From assembly GCA_963662615.2 (NCBI GenBank), contig CAXXSR010000002.1, positions 128,001 to 192,000 on the forward strand: a stretch of 64,000 bases of DNA, read 5' to 3'. This document shows, one piece after another, positions 9,303-17,609 of this stretch (positions within the stretch are counted from its first letter, which is position 1; the number at the start of each line of letters is the position of its first letter). A model generated the notes under the pieces. It was not told where the DNA came from and made no database searches. It was given only the letters and a program-made list of their open reading frames with translations. This DNA comes from Dehalococcoidia bacterium (GTDB lineage Bacteria; Chloroflexota; Dehalococcoidia; Bin125). A program made the translations under genes and the position numbers.

Positions 9303-9356
9303 CGCGTTATTGGACAGTCGATTGGTCGCGTGCGAGTTCCCTGCAAGCCAGGGACA

Positions 9357-9405
9357 GCTCGGTAAAGAAGGCCCCGGCGTCACGCCGGGGCCTTCTTTAC
9401 CGAGC
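9357..9405. repeat. Perfect 24-bp inverted repeat with a 1-nt spacer
   Basis: GCTCGGTAAAGAAGGCCCCGGCGT-C-ACGCCGGGGCCTTCTTTACCGAGC. Confidence 0.92.
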
Positions 9406-9566
9406 GCGGAGGGCGAGGGGCAGCGGGTGCGGTCGGGATGCCGACTCGCGGCTCGGCGTGTCCCGGCGAGGGCGCCGGGCCGTGGTAGCCTCCGGCGGGA
9501 CAGGCCGGGGCTTGTCTTTTGTTCCCGCCCACGCCCAGGACCAATCGACCAACGAGGAGGATCACA

Positions 9567-10007
9567 TTGGCAGCGATTCGCTCCGCACACGCGACATGGA
9601 CAGGCAGCCTTGCAAAGGGGAACGGCGTGGTGAGGGCCGTCTCTTCCGGCGCGTTCAACCAGCTTCCCGTCTCATGGGCAGCCAGGACGGAGCAGTCGGG
9701 CGGAAAGACGAGCCCAGAGGAGTTGCTCGCGGCGGCGCACGCCTCCTGCTACTGCATGGCACTTTCCGCGGGCCTCGGCGGAGGCGGCAACCCGCCCACG
9801 AAGCTGGAGGTCGATGCGACGGTCACCTTCGATCAAGTCGATGGCGACTGGAAAGTCGCTTCGAGCGCCCTGAAGGTCGTTGGCCAGGTGCCCGGCATCG
9901 AGGGCGAGGCTTTCAAGGCGGCGGCAGAGGCCGCCAAGGACGGCTGCCCGATCTCCGGCGCACTCAAGGGCAATGTTGCCCTCAGCGTCGAAGCGACACT
10001 CGAATAA
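9567..10007 (+). CDS. osmC: OsmC-family peroxiredoxin
   Basis: TTG start after GAGGAGG; TSPEELLAAAHASCYCMALS and CPISGAL carry both catalytic Cys. Confidence 0.9.
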   Translation: MAAIRSAHATWTGSLAKGNGVVRAVSSGAFNQLPVSWAARTEQSGGKTSPEELLAAAHASCYCMALSAGLGGGGNPPTKLEVDATVTFDQVDGDWKVASSALKVVGQVPGIEGEAFKAAAEAAKDGCPISGALKGNVALSVEATLE

Positions 10008-10120
10008 ATACAGCGAGCCACGAAGGCACGTCCACCTCGGGCTCCGCGTCGCAGATTCGGGGGACCCGGAGAACGTGCGGAGCCGTGGTACGCTCCGGCG
10101 AAACCAGCACGGAGTTGCTG

Positions 10121-10984
10121 ATGGCGGGCGCGACATACCGGGTGGGCAAGCTGACGATCAGCGTCGTTTCGGACGGCACGATCTGGCGGGACGGGGGAGC
10201 GGTCTTCGGACTGGTGCCGAAGGTCCTGTGGGAACGGGTGACCGGCCCGCCGAACGAGAAAAACCAGATCCCGCTGGGGCTGAACTGCCTGCTGCTGGAA
10301 TCGGACGGGAAGACGGTGCTGATCGAGACGGGGCAGGGGGACAAGGACTTCGAGCAGCTGCGGCGGCGCGGGGAGGAGCCCGCACACGGCCTGCTCTTGC
10401 AAAGCCTGGCGGCGAGCGGTGTGGGACCGGACGACGTGGACATGGTCATCAATACGCATCTGCACGGGGACCACTGCGGCTGGAACACGCGCCAGGTGGA
10501 GGGGGAGCTGCGGCCAACCTTCCCGAACGCCCGCTACTACGTCCAGCGGCGCGAGTGGGAACAGGCCACACATCCGAACGCGCGCACACGCGCCACCTAC
10601 CTGGCCGAGAACTTCGCGCCGCTGATGGAAGCCGGGCAGGTCGAGCTGGTGGAGGGGGAGACGCGGATCACGTCGGACGTGACGGTGATCGAGACGCCGG
10701 GCCACACCGCGGATCACGCATCGGTGGCGATCAGCAACGGGGGCGAGACGGCGATCTATCTGGGCGACATGGTGCAGCACCAGGTGCAGCTGGAGCGGGC
10801 CGCCTGGATCAGCGCCTTCGACGTGCTGCCGCTGGTGTCGCTGGACACGAAGCGGAAGCTGGTTGAGGACGCGATCGTCAAAAACCATCTGCTGATCTGC
10901 GTCCACAACCCGTTCCCCGGGGTGGCCCGGCTGCGCCGCGCAGGCGACAAGGCGACGTATGTGCCGGAGCCGAAGGGGAGTTGA
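10121..10984 (+). CDS. MBL-fold metallo-hydrolase (YtnP-like)
   Basis: DGGAVFGLVPKVLW, THLHGDHCG, TFPNARYYVQ, TPGHT, GD, terminal H. Confidence 0.9.
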   Translation: MAGATYRVGKLTISVVSDGTIWRDGGAVFGLVPKVLWERVTGPPNEKNQIPLGLNCLLLESDGKTVLIETGQGDKDFEQLRRRGEEPAHGLLLQSLAASGVGPDDVDMVINTHLHGDHCGWNTRQVEGELRPTFPNARYYVQRREWEQATHPNARTRATYLAENFAPLMEAGQVELVEGETRITSDVTVIETPGHTADHASVAISNGGETAIYLGDMVQHQVQLERAAWISAFDVLPLVSLDTKRKLVEDAIVKNHLLICVHNPFPGVARLRRAGDKATYVPEPKGS

Positions 10985-11068
10985 TCGCGCCGCTGGACAC
11001 GGTTCCGCCGCACCGCCATTTGGGTTAGCGTTCGCCAACGAGCACGCCATTGGGAAACGGAGCAGACC

Positions 11069-11686
11069 ATGGCAGAGAGAGCGGGCGCGTATCCTGTGCA
11101 ATTCAGCGTCGACCGGCCCGAGCGGTTTCAGCGCGTGCAGCTTCTCTTGCGGCTGGCCCTCTGGCTGGCCCTGTACTGGTTCGGTAGCGGGCTGGGCTGG
11201 TTCGTGTACCTCGGCGGTCCGATCATCACGGCCGTGCTAGTCGCGCAACGAGGCGGGCGGGGGTTTCAGGAACGCCACGGCGAGCGTTACCGCAAGGCGC
11301 TGAGTTTCATCATGGGAGTCAATGCATACCTGCTGTTCGCGAGCGATGGGCTCCCGATCTGGGGTAAAGAAGGGCCGACGCGACTCCGGATCGAGAGTAC
11401 CGGTACACCCACCGTGGGGTCGGCGCTGGTGCGATTGATCCGGGTGATCCCGCACGGAGTGGTGCTCGTGATCCTGTGGGTGGTGGCGGGGATCGCGGCC
11501 CTCGTTGCTCTCTTCACGATCGTGGTCAGCGGGTCGGTGCCGGAGGGGATCCGGCGCTTCCAGATCGGAGTGCTGGTCTGGGAGGCGTGGACGTTGGCGT
11601 ATCTGGTATCGATGGTGGAGGAGTACCCGCCGTTCCGCTTCGAAGCGCCGCCCGCCGGCAGCGAGGGCGCGGCGTCCGGGAGCTAG
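11069..11686 (+). CDS. DUF4389-like membrane protein
   Basis: YPVQFSVDRPE, two related halves, C-terminal EEYPPF. Confidence 0.75.
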   Translation: MAERAGAYPVQFSVDRPERFQRVQLLLRLALWLALYWFGSGLGWFVYLGGPIITAVLVAQRGGRGFQERHGERYRKALSFIMGVNAYLLFASDGLPIWGKEGPTRLRIESTGTPTVGSALVRLIRVIPHGVVLVILWVVAGIAALVALFTIVVSGSVPEGIRRFQIGVLVWEAWTLAYLVSMVEEYPPFRFEAPPAGSEGAASGS

Positions 11687-11696
11687 GGGCGCTGGG

Positions 11697-12548
11697 ATGG
11701 GCGAAGGCAAGCTGGCCGGGCAAGTCGCGATTGTGACGGGGGCGAGCCGCGGCATTGGCAAGGAGATCGCGACGCTGTTCGCGTCGGAGGGGGCGAAGGT
11801 CGTGGCGACGGCGCGGACGGTGGAGGAGGGATCGCACCCGCTGCCGGGGTCGCTGGAGACGACGGTGCGCGAGATCAGCGCCGCGGGCGGCGAAGCGACG
11901 GTGGTGGCCGCCGACCTGTCGGAGTTCGAGGAGTGTGCGCGCGTGGTGGGGACGGCCCGTGAGACGTACGGGCCCGTGGACGTGCTGGTGAACAACGCAG
12001 CGCTGAGCTACTTCTTTGCGGTGGCGGAGTTCCCCGTCAACCGCTGGCTGCGGTCGACGGCGGTGAACTTTCACGCGCCGTTTTTCATGAGCAAGCTGTG
12101 CCTGGAGGACATGCTGGCGCGGCGTGGGGGCGCGATTGTCAACATCTCCAGCGGGGCAGCGGTGGGGCCGGGGCGGGCGCCATACGGGGATGCGGTCCGG
12201 CGCGGTCAGTCGCTGTACGGGGCGGAGAAGGCGGCGCTGGAGCGGTTCACCCAGGGGCTGGCGTCGGAGGTGTACGAGCACGGGATCAGAGTGACCTGCG
12301 TGGCGCCGTCGCAGATCGTGCCGACGCCGGGGGTGGTACACCACCGGCTGATGGAGGGCCGCGATCCCGACGACTGGGAGGGGCCGGAGGTGATAGCGCA
12401 GGCGGCGCTGCTGCTGGCGACGGCGCCGCTGGAGAAGGTGACGGGACGGGTGACGTATAGTCAGCAGATCCTGCAGGAGTTCGGTCTGCGGGCGGAGGCG
12501 CGGGGCTGGGGGGCGACGCAGAAGGGGTCGGGGTTTTCGCGGATGTAG
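11697..12548 (+). CDS. SDR-family NAD(P)-dependent oxidoreductase
   Basis: TGASRGIG, VNNAA, NISS, YGAEK catalytic motif. Confidence 0.92.
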   Translation: MGEGKLAGQVAIVTGASRGIGKEIATLFASEGAKVVATARTVEEGSHPLPGSLETTVREISAAGGEATVVAADLSEFEECARVVGTARETYGPVDVLVNNAALSYFFAVAEFPVNRWLRSTAVNFHAPFFMSKLCLEDMLARRGGAIVNISSGAAVGPGRAPYGDAVRRGQSLYGAEKAALERFTQGLASEVYEHGIRVTCVAPSQIVPTPGVVHHRLMEGRDPDDWEGPEVIAQAALLLATAPLEKVTGRVTYSQQILQEFGLRAEARGWGATQKGSGFSRM

Positions 12549-12563
12549 GGGGTGGCGGAGGCC

Positions 12564-12731
12564 CTAGTCCGCTCCCTTCGCTGGGCGTTTGCGGAGGCGT
12601 TTGAGGACCGCGTCGCGGTAGATGCGGCGGAGGGAGGCGCCGTGCATGCGGAGGGCGCGGCGCTTTTTGCGCCGTTTGTCGTCGCGGCGCTCGCCGCGGG
12701 TGCCCTGGGCCTCGTCGTTGGGGGCGGTCAC
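12564..12731 (-). CDS. Putative 55-aa basic protein
   Basis: GTG 12731 sits 9 nt below TACACT (12741-12746); MTAPNDEAQGTRGERRDDKRRKKRRALRMHGASLRRIYRDAVLKRLRKRPAKGAD fills an otherwise empty gap. Confidence 0.55.
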   Translation of the reverse strand: MTAPNDEAQGTRGERRDDKRRKKRRALRMHGASLRRIYRDAVLKRLRKRPAKGAD

Positions 12732-12821
12732 GGCGGCGTCAGTGTACCGCGCCGGAGCCGTGCGACCGTGGTTTGAGTGGCCCGTTTGACCGGCCGGGGG
12801 CGGCCTGCGTACTCTCGCGGC

Positions 12822-14117
12822 GTGAAGGTGCACCTGTCTTACGGCAGCGACGGCCTGGACGTGGAGCTGCCCGATCACGCGGACGTCATTGAGCCGGTAG
12901 AAACGCCGGCGCTCGCCGACGCGCGCGCGGCGTTGCGGGAGGCCATTGCCCGGCCGATTCAGTCGCGGCCGCTGGCGGAGCTGGTGGGCCCGGACGACCA
13001 CGTCGCCATCGTCTTCAGCGATATCACGCGACCGGTGCCGAACGCGATGATCGCGCCGGAGCTGTTGCGCGTCATTGAAGGGGCAGGGGTACCGCGCGAC
13101 CAGATCACGTTGATCATCGGCGGGGGGCTGCACCGGGCGATGACGCCGGAGGAGCAGGAGACGCTGCTGGGGGCGGAGATCGTGCGGTCGTACCGCGTGG
13201 TGATGCACGACGCGCGCGACCCGGACGGCGTCGTCTTCCTGGAGCGCTATCCCGGCGAGCGTCGGGGCGGGATCTATCTGAACGCGCACTACATGCGGGC
13301 GAACGTGCGCGTCGTGACGGGCTTTGTCGAGCCCCACCTCTTCGCCGGCTACAGCGGTGGCGGGAAAGGGGTGTTTCCCGGAGTGGCGGCGGCGCACAAC
13401 ATCATGCGCAACCACGGGGTGGCGAACATTGCGCACCCGCACTCCACGTACGCCGTGGCGGAGGGGAATCCGATCTTCGAGGAGATGCGGCGCGTCGCGG
13501 TGGCGTCGGACGTGACGATGCTGTGCAATGTCACGTTGAACGCCGCCAAAGCGGTGACGGGCGTGTTCTGCGGCGAGCTAGTGGCGGCGCACGACGCCGC
13601 GATCGCAAAGGTGAACAGCCAGGCGCGGCGGCGGATCCCGCACGAGTACGACATTGTGGTGGGGTCCAACGGCGGCTATCCCGCGGACCTGAATCTGTAC
13701 CAGAGCGTGAAGGGGATGGTGTCGGCGGCGCGGGCGGTGCGGCGTGGTGGCGCGATCATGCTGGCGGCGGAATGCCGGGAGGGGGTGGGGGGCGCGGAGT
13801 TCGCGGAGTTGCTGACGTCGCGGGAGGGGCCGGGGGCGCTGATGGAACGGCTGCTGGAGCCGGACTGCGATCTCATTGACCAGTGGCAGGTGCAAGAGCA
13901 GGTGATGGTGCAGGAGAAAGCGGATCTGCACCTCTACTCGGCGCTGGACGAGGCGACGGTGCGGACATCGCATCTGCGGCTCTGCATCGATATCTCGGCG
14001 ACGGTGGCGTCGCTGGCGGCGGCGCACGAGGAAGAGCGAGGCGAGCGCACGTCGATCCTGGCGATGCCGTACGGCTTCCAGGCGATCCCGGTGGTGGACG
14101 GGGGGCTGGGGAAGTAG
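12822..14117 (+). CDS. larA: LarA-family nickel-pincer-dependent racemase/epimerase
   Basis: SDITRPVPN, GLHRAMT, HDARD, VEPHLFAGYSGGGK, GYPADLNLYQSVKG, ECREGVG. Confidence 0.9.
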   Translation: MKVHLSYGSDGLDVELPDHADVIEPVETPALADARAALREAIARPIQSRPLAELVGPDDHVAIVFSDITRPVPNAMIAPELLRVIEGAGVPRDQITLIIGGGLHRAMTPEEQETLLGAEIVRSYRVVMHDARDPDGVVFLERYPGERRGGIYLNAHYMRANVRVVTGFVEPHLFAGYSGGGKGVFPGVAAAHNIMRNHGVANIAHPHSTYAVAEGNPIFEEMRRVAVASDVTMLCNVTLNAAKAVTGVFCGELVAAHDAAIAKVNSQARRRIPHEYDIVVGSNGGYPADLNLYQSVKGMVSAARAVRRGGAIMLAAECREGVGGAEFAELLTSREGPGALMERLLEPDCDLIDQWQVQEQVMVQEKADLHLYSALDEATVRTSHLRLCIDISATVASLAAAHEEERGERTSILAMPYGFQAIPVVDGGLGK

Positions 14118-14123
14118 GGCGGT

Positions 14124-14366
14124 CTAGCCAAAGAGCTGCTCGAGCAGCTCCTCACGCGTGACACCCTGACGCTGAGCGAGGTCATTCAAGATGGCGCTAA
14201 GCGTGCCGATCTTGATGTGCTGATGCATCGGCACGGTGAGATGATGCCCGCCATCGACATCGGCGACCAAACGCAGGTGGCTACCCCGCTGACGAACCCG
14301 CCGATAGCCAAGCCTTGAGAGTGCGTCCGCAAGTTCTTCGCCCGAGATGTCCCGGGGCAGTTTCAC
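14124..14366 (-). CDS. hicA: HicA-family toxin (mRNA interferase)
   Basis: RQRGSH..., TVPMH..IKIGTLSAIL. Confidence 0.88.
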   Translation of the reverse strand: MKLPRDISGEELADALSRLGYRRVRQRGSHLRLVADVDGGHHLTVPMHQHIKIGTLSAILNDLAQRQGVTREELLEQLFG

Positions 14367-14572
14367 AAAGCGATGACTTCGTCATGAACGTAGTGAAGCC
14401 GGAGGATCTCCGGCGGTTTCCTCTCGGGCTCGAAATGGCAGCGCACCGCGTCCCGAATTTGCTCGACCAACTCTTCTTTGCTGTCGGCTTGCGTGAAGAT
14501 GCTTTCGCCAACGGCACGGGCCGTGTAGCCGCCTTCAAGATCCGCTTCGACGAGGAAGAGTAATTCGGTCAC
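14363..14572 (-). CDS. HicB-like short antitoxin
   Basis: FLVEADLEGGYTARAVGESIFTQADSKEELVEQIRDAVRCHF; GTGA overlap with hicA; start could also be TTG 14584. Confidence 0.78.
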   Translation of the reverse strand: MTELLFLVEADLEGGYTARAVGESIFTQADSKEELVEQIRDAVRCHFEPERKPPEILRLHYVHDEVIAL

Positions 14573-14719
14573 CGCCCTGCCCAATCATTGTCAGCGGCCA
14601 TGATTGTAACTTAGCGGTTCGGGCGGCCCCGCGCGCGTCGCAGCTCGCCAAAGGTCGCCCTTCGGGTAAGCGCCGCCTACGATGCGGACAGCATTGGCTC
14701 GCCAGCAAGAGGGACGGCG

Positions 14720-15457
14720 ATGGTACGGAAAAATCTGGCTGACGAAGACGCCCGGCGGCTGCTGGGGGGCGCGCCGGTGCTGATCGTGACGACGAGGTGG
14801 CGGGCGGTGGCGAACGCGCTGCCGATCGCCTGGGCAGCGCCGCTGAGCGTCGATCCGCCGCTGATCGGCGTCGTGGTGCACCCGTCGCGGCACAGCCACG
14901 ACATGATCCGCTACGGGGAGGAGTTCGCCATCAATATCCCGTCGCGGGTGATCATGAATCACACGCAGTGGCTGGGGCTGGTGAGCGGGCTGCAGACGGA
15001 CAAGCTGGAGGCGTCGCGGCTGCCGTACTTCAAGCCGAAGGTGATCGACTCGCCGCTGCTGGAGGGCTGCGTGGGCTGGATCGAGTGCACGCTGCACGAC
15101 CACTACACAACGGGCGACCACACCCTCTTCATTGGGCGGGTGGTAGCGGCGCAGGCCGACAGCGACGCCTTCAACTTCGAGCAGGGGCGCTGGTCGCCGG
15201 AGGACGATGAGTACAAGCCGTTGATGTACCTGGGCGGCCGGACCTATTCGCTGTTGAGCAGCGCTTTCGACACGGAGGTGGCGCAGCGGCCGGTCGAGCA
15301 GATGGAGGAAGAGGGGTTCGGCAAGGAGCTGGAGGAGGCGGAAACGGAGCGGGCGCGGAAGCGGGAGGAGGCCGAGGCGGCGCGCGATGAGCGGGAGCGT
15401 CGGGGGGAGGAGCCGCCGGACACGTCGGCGTCGCCGCGGGCGCGGCCGGAGGCGTAG
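14720..15457 (+). CDS. Flavin reductase (DIM6/NTAB)-family protein
   Basis: LSVDPPLI, EFAINIP, IECTL..GDHTLFIGRV; acidic coiled C-terminal tail. Confidence 0.87.
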   Translation: MVRKNLADEDARRLLGGAPVLIVTTRWRAVANALPIAWAAPLSVDPPLIGVVVHPSRHSHDMIRYGEEFAINIPSRVIMNHTQWLGLVSGLQTDKLEASRLPYFKPKVIDSPLLEGCVGWIECTLHDHYTTGDHTLFIGRVVAAQADSDAFNFEQGRWSPEDDEYKPLMYLGGRTYSLLSSAFDTEVAQRPVEQMEEEGFGKELEEAETERARKREEAEAARDERERRGEEPPDTSASPRARPEA

Positions 15458-15503
15458 GGACGGTCGGGAAGGGCGGGCGCAGTCGCTCGCGGGGAGAGGT
15501 GCG

Positions 15504-15671
15504 ATGTTTGGACTGCTGTTGGTTCCGTTGTCGCTGGCGCTGGCCGCGATCAAGCTGCTGATCACGCTGCTGACGGATGTGCTGCCGACGCTGGTGCGGT
15601 TGGTAGGCGCGGTCGTGGGGCTGCCGGTGCGGCTGCTGCGGTCGTTGGGAGGCGGGGCGAAGGGGAAGTAG
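15504..15671 (+). CDS. Small hydrophobic/amphipathic protein
   Basis: GAGAGGT RBS; MFGLLLVPLSLALAAIKLLITLLTDVLPTLVRLVGAVVGLP... Confidence 0.6.
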   Translation: MFGLLLVPLSLALAAIKLLITLLTDVLPTLVRLVGAVVGLPVRLLRSLGGGAKGK

Positions 15672-15683
15672 GGGGCGGTCTCG

Positions 15684-16583
15684 ATGGACGTGGTGGGCGA
15701 AACGCGATCCAAGGCCGGCTCAGGCATCGAGTTACGCGGGACGGTTCACGCGGGCGACAATCTGCCGGTGCTGCGCGGTCTGGACGATGGTTGCGTGGGG
15801 CTGGTCTACACCGACCCTCCCTTCAACACCGGCGGTCAACGTTCTTTGACGCAGTTGCGGACCAGGCGGGCTGCGGATGGAGAACGAGTGGGTTTCGGGG
15901 GGCAGCGATACCGCAGTGAGGTTCTGGGGACGCAGTCGTACGCCGACGCCTTCGACGACTACCTGGGCTTTCTGGAGCCGCGGCTGCGCGAGATCCGTCG
16001 GGTGCTGTCGTCGTCGGGAACGCTCTATCTCCACCTGGACTATCGCGAGGCGCACTACGTGAAGGTGCTCTGCGACCAGATCTTCGGTCGCGCCTGCTTC
16101 CTCAACGAGATCATCTGGGCGTACGACTTCGGAGGCCGACCGAGGAATCGGTGGCCGGCAAAGCACGACACCATCCTGGTCTACGTGAAGGATCCCCAGC
16201 GATACACGTTCAACACGGAAGACATTGAGCGCATCCCCTACATGGCGCCGGGACTGGTGGGCGCGGAGAAGGCCGCGAGAGGCAAGCTGCCCACCGATAC
16301 CTGGTGGCACACGATCGTGCCGACGAACGGCTCTGAGAGGACGGGCTATCCCACGCAGAAACCGGAGGCGCTGGCGGAGCGGATCGTTCGCGCGTCATCG
16401 AACCCGGGCGAGGTGGTGCTGGACCCGTTCGCGGGGAGCGGGACGGTGGGGGCGGCGGCGGCGCGGCTGGAGCGACGGTTCCTGCTCATTGACGACAATC
16501 CCGAGGCCATCGCGGTGATGCGGGCGCGGCTGCCGGAGGGGACGGGGTTTGCGGAAGGGGTTGCGGCAGCGGCTCACGGTTAG
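15684..16583 (+). CDS. Beta-class N6-A/N4-C DNA methyltransferase (orphan)
   Basis: DPPF precedes YPTQKP and VLDPFAGSGT; NEIIW. Confidence 0.92.
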   Translation: MDVVGETRSKAGSGIELRGTVHAGDNLPVLRGLDDGCVGLVYTDPPFNTGGQRSLTQLRTRRAADGERVGFGGQRYRSEVLGTQSYADAFDDYLGFLEPRLREIRRVLSSSGTLYLHLDYREAHYVKVLCDQIFGRACFLNEIIWAYDFGGRPRNRWPAKHDTILVYVKDPQRYTFNTEDIERIPYMAPGLVGAEKAARGKLPTDTWWHTIVPTNGSERTGYPTQKPEALAERIVRASSNPGEVVLDPFAGSGTVGAAAARLERRFLLIDDNPEAIAVMRARLPEGTGFAEGVAAAAHG

Positions 16584-16600
16584 GGCCGCGGGCTGCGCGA

Positions 16601-16878
16601 CCTCACCCCCCGGCCCCCTCTCCATTCTTCCTGTGGAAGGATGGAGAGGGGGAGCAGAGGCGAGTTCGTCGGTTCGCCCTTCGACAGGCTCAGGACGAAC
16701 GGGATACAGCGCCCTTCGACCCTTCGGCCCTTCGGCAAGCTCAGGACAGGCAGCGCGACCTCACCCCCCGGCCCCCTCTCCATGTCACAGCGATGGAGAG
16801 GGGGAGCAGAGCCCCATTCGCCCGTTCGCCCTTCGACAGGCTCCCTTCGACTCCGCTCAGGACGGGCAGGGTGAGCGG
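16601..16878. repeat. Composite REP-like cluster 3
   Basis: Type A at 16601-16651 and 16759-16804; type B units at ~16672-16750 and nested 16822-16878; lies between convergent genes. Confidence 0.9.
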
Positions 16879-16901
16879 GGCGAAGTGTCGAACAGCGGGA
16901 G

Positions 16902-17555
16902 TTAAGGCTGCGCCCAGGTGACGACGGCAGATCCGCCGAGGTCGATCCAGAGGCCGGCGCCGTATTCCAGAACGAAGTCGTTCTGGAGGGCGGGCGGGAG
17001 CGTGGGATTCCAGACGTCGAAGCGTTGGGCGGTGGCGTCCCAGGAATAGGCGCGGCGGATCGGGAGCGTGCCGATGGCCTGGCTCACCGTCGCGCCGTCA
17101 GCGCCGCTCCAGGCGACGAGGTTGAAGCCGGGCCGCAGCGCGACGTCTTGGTTGCGCACGAGGGCGAGCTGTTCCCAGAAGCCGAGATCACCGTCGAGCC
17201 GTTCCGGCGGGACGAAGACCCAGAAGGGCTGGCCGGCGTCGATGCGGGAGAGGTCGTTTCGCGGCGCCTGGCCCACCCGGAACGTCTGGAAGCGGCCGAG
17301 TGCGGCGTCATAGGTGAAGGCGGCGGTGACCCAGGTCAGAAGGGGCCCCAGGACGAGGGCGGGGGCGGCGCCCTCGCCGAGATTGGCGAGGAGCGTCCAG
17401 CCCCCCGCGACCGGGCTGATGACGGTGTCGGCGGGCTGCGCGGACGTGGAGCCGTCCACCGATTGGCCGTGAAGCGCTGCGCCGGCGCCGAAGGGGAGCG
17501 CGAGGGCCGCCAGCAGCAGCAGGATCAGGCCCGAGTGGATGAGGTGGCGCGGCAT
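16902..17555 (-). CDS. Secreted hypothetical protein with two GW/GFNLV-type repeats
   Basis: Signal peptide; GGWTLL..FTYD..GQPFWV and PGFNLVAWSG..YSWD..GAGLWI halves. Confidence 0.7.
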   Translation of the reverse strand: MPRHLIHSGLILLLLAALALPFGAGAALHGQSVDGSTSAQPADTVISPVAGGWTLLANLGEGAAPALVLGPLLTWVTAAFTYDAALGRFQTFRVGQAPRNDLSRIDAGQPFWVFVPPERLDGDLGFWEQLALVRNQDVALRPGFNLVAWSGADGATVSQAIGTLPIRRAYSWDATAQRFDVWNPTLPPALQNDFVLEYGAGLWIDLGGSAVVTWAQP

Positions 17556-17609
17556 TGGGCGAAATGGTAGGCGACGCCGGAGTCAAGGCCAATGGCGGCG
17601 CGGCGGCGG

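Noticed and set aside
9111-12075. Diversity-generating retroelement TR/VR pair
   Set aside because: Only 55 bp with two mismatches, one not at adenine; no reverse transcriptase in the window; the target is mid-gene in an SDR.
14124-16583. Defence island (TA plus methyltransferase)
   Set aside because: Only two loosely spaced genes separated by metabolic ORFs, with no nuclease, helicase or mobility genes.
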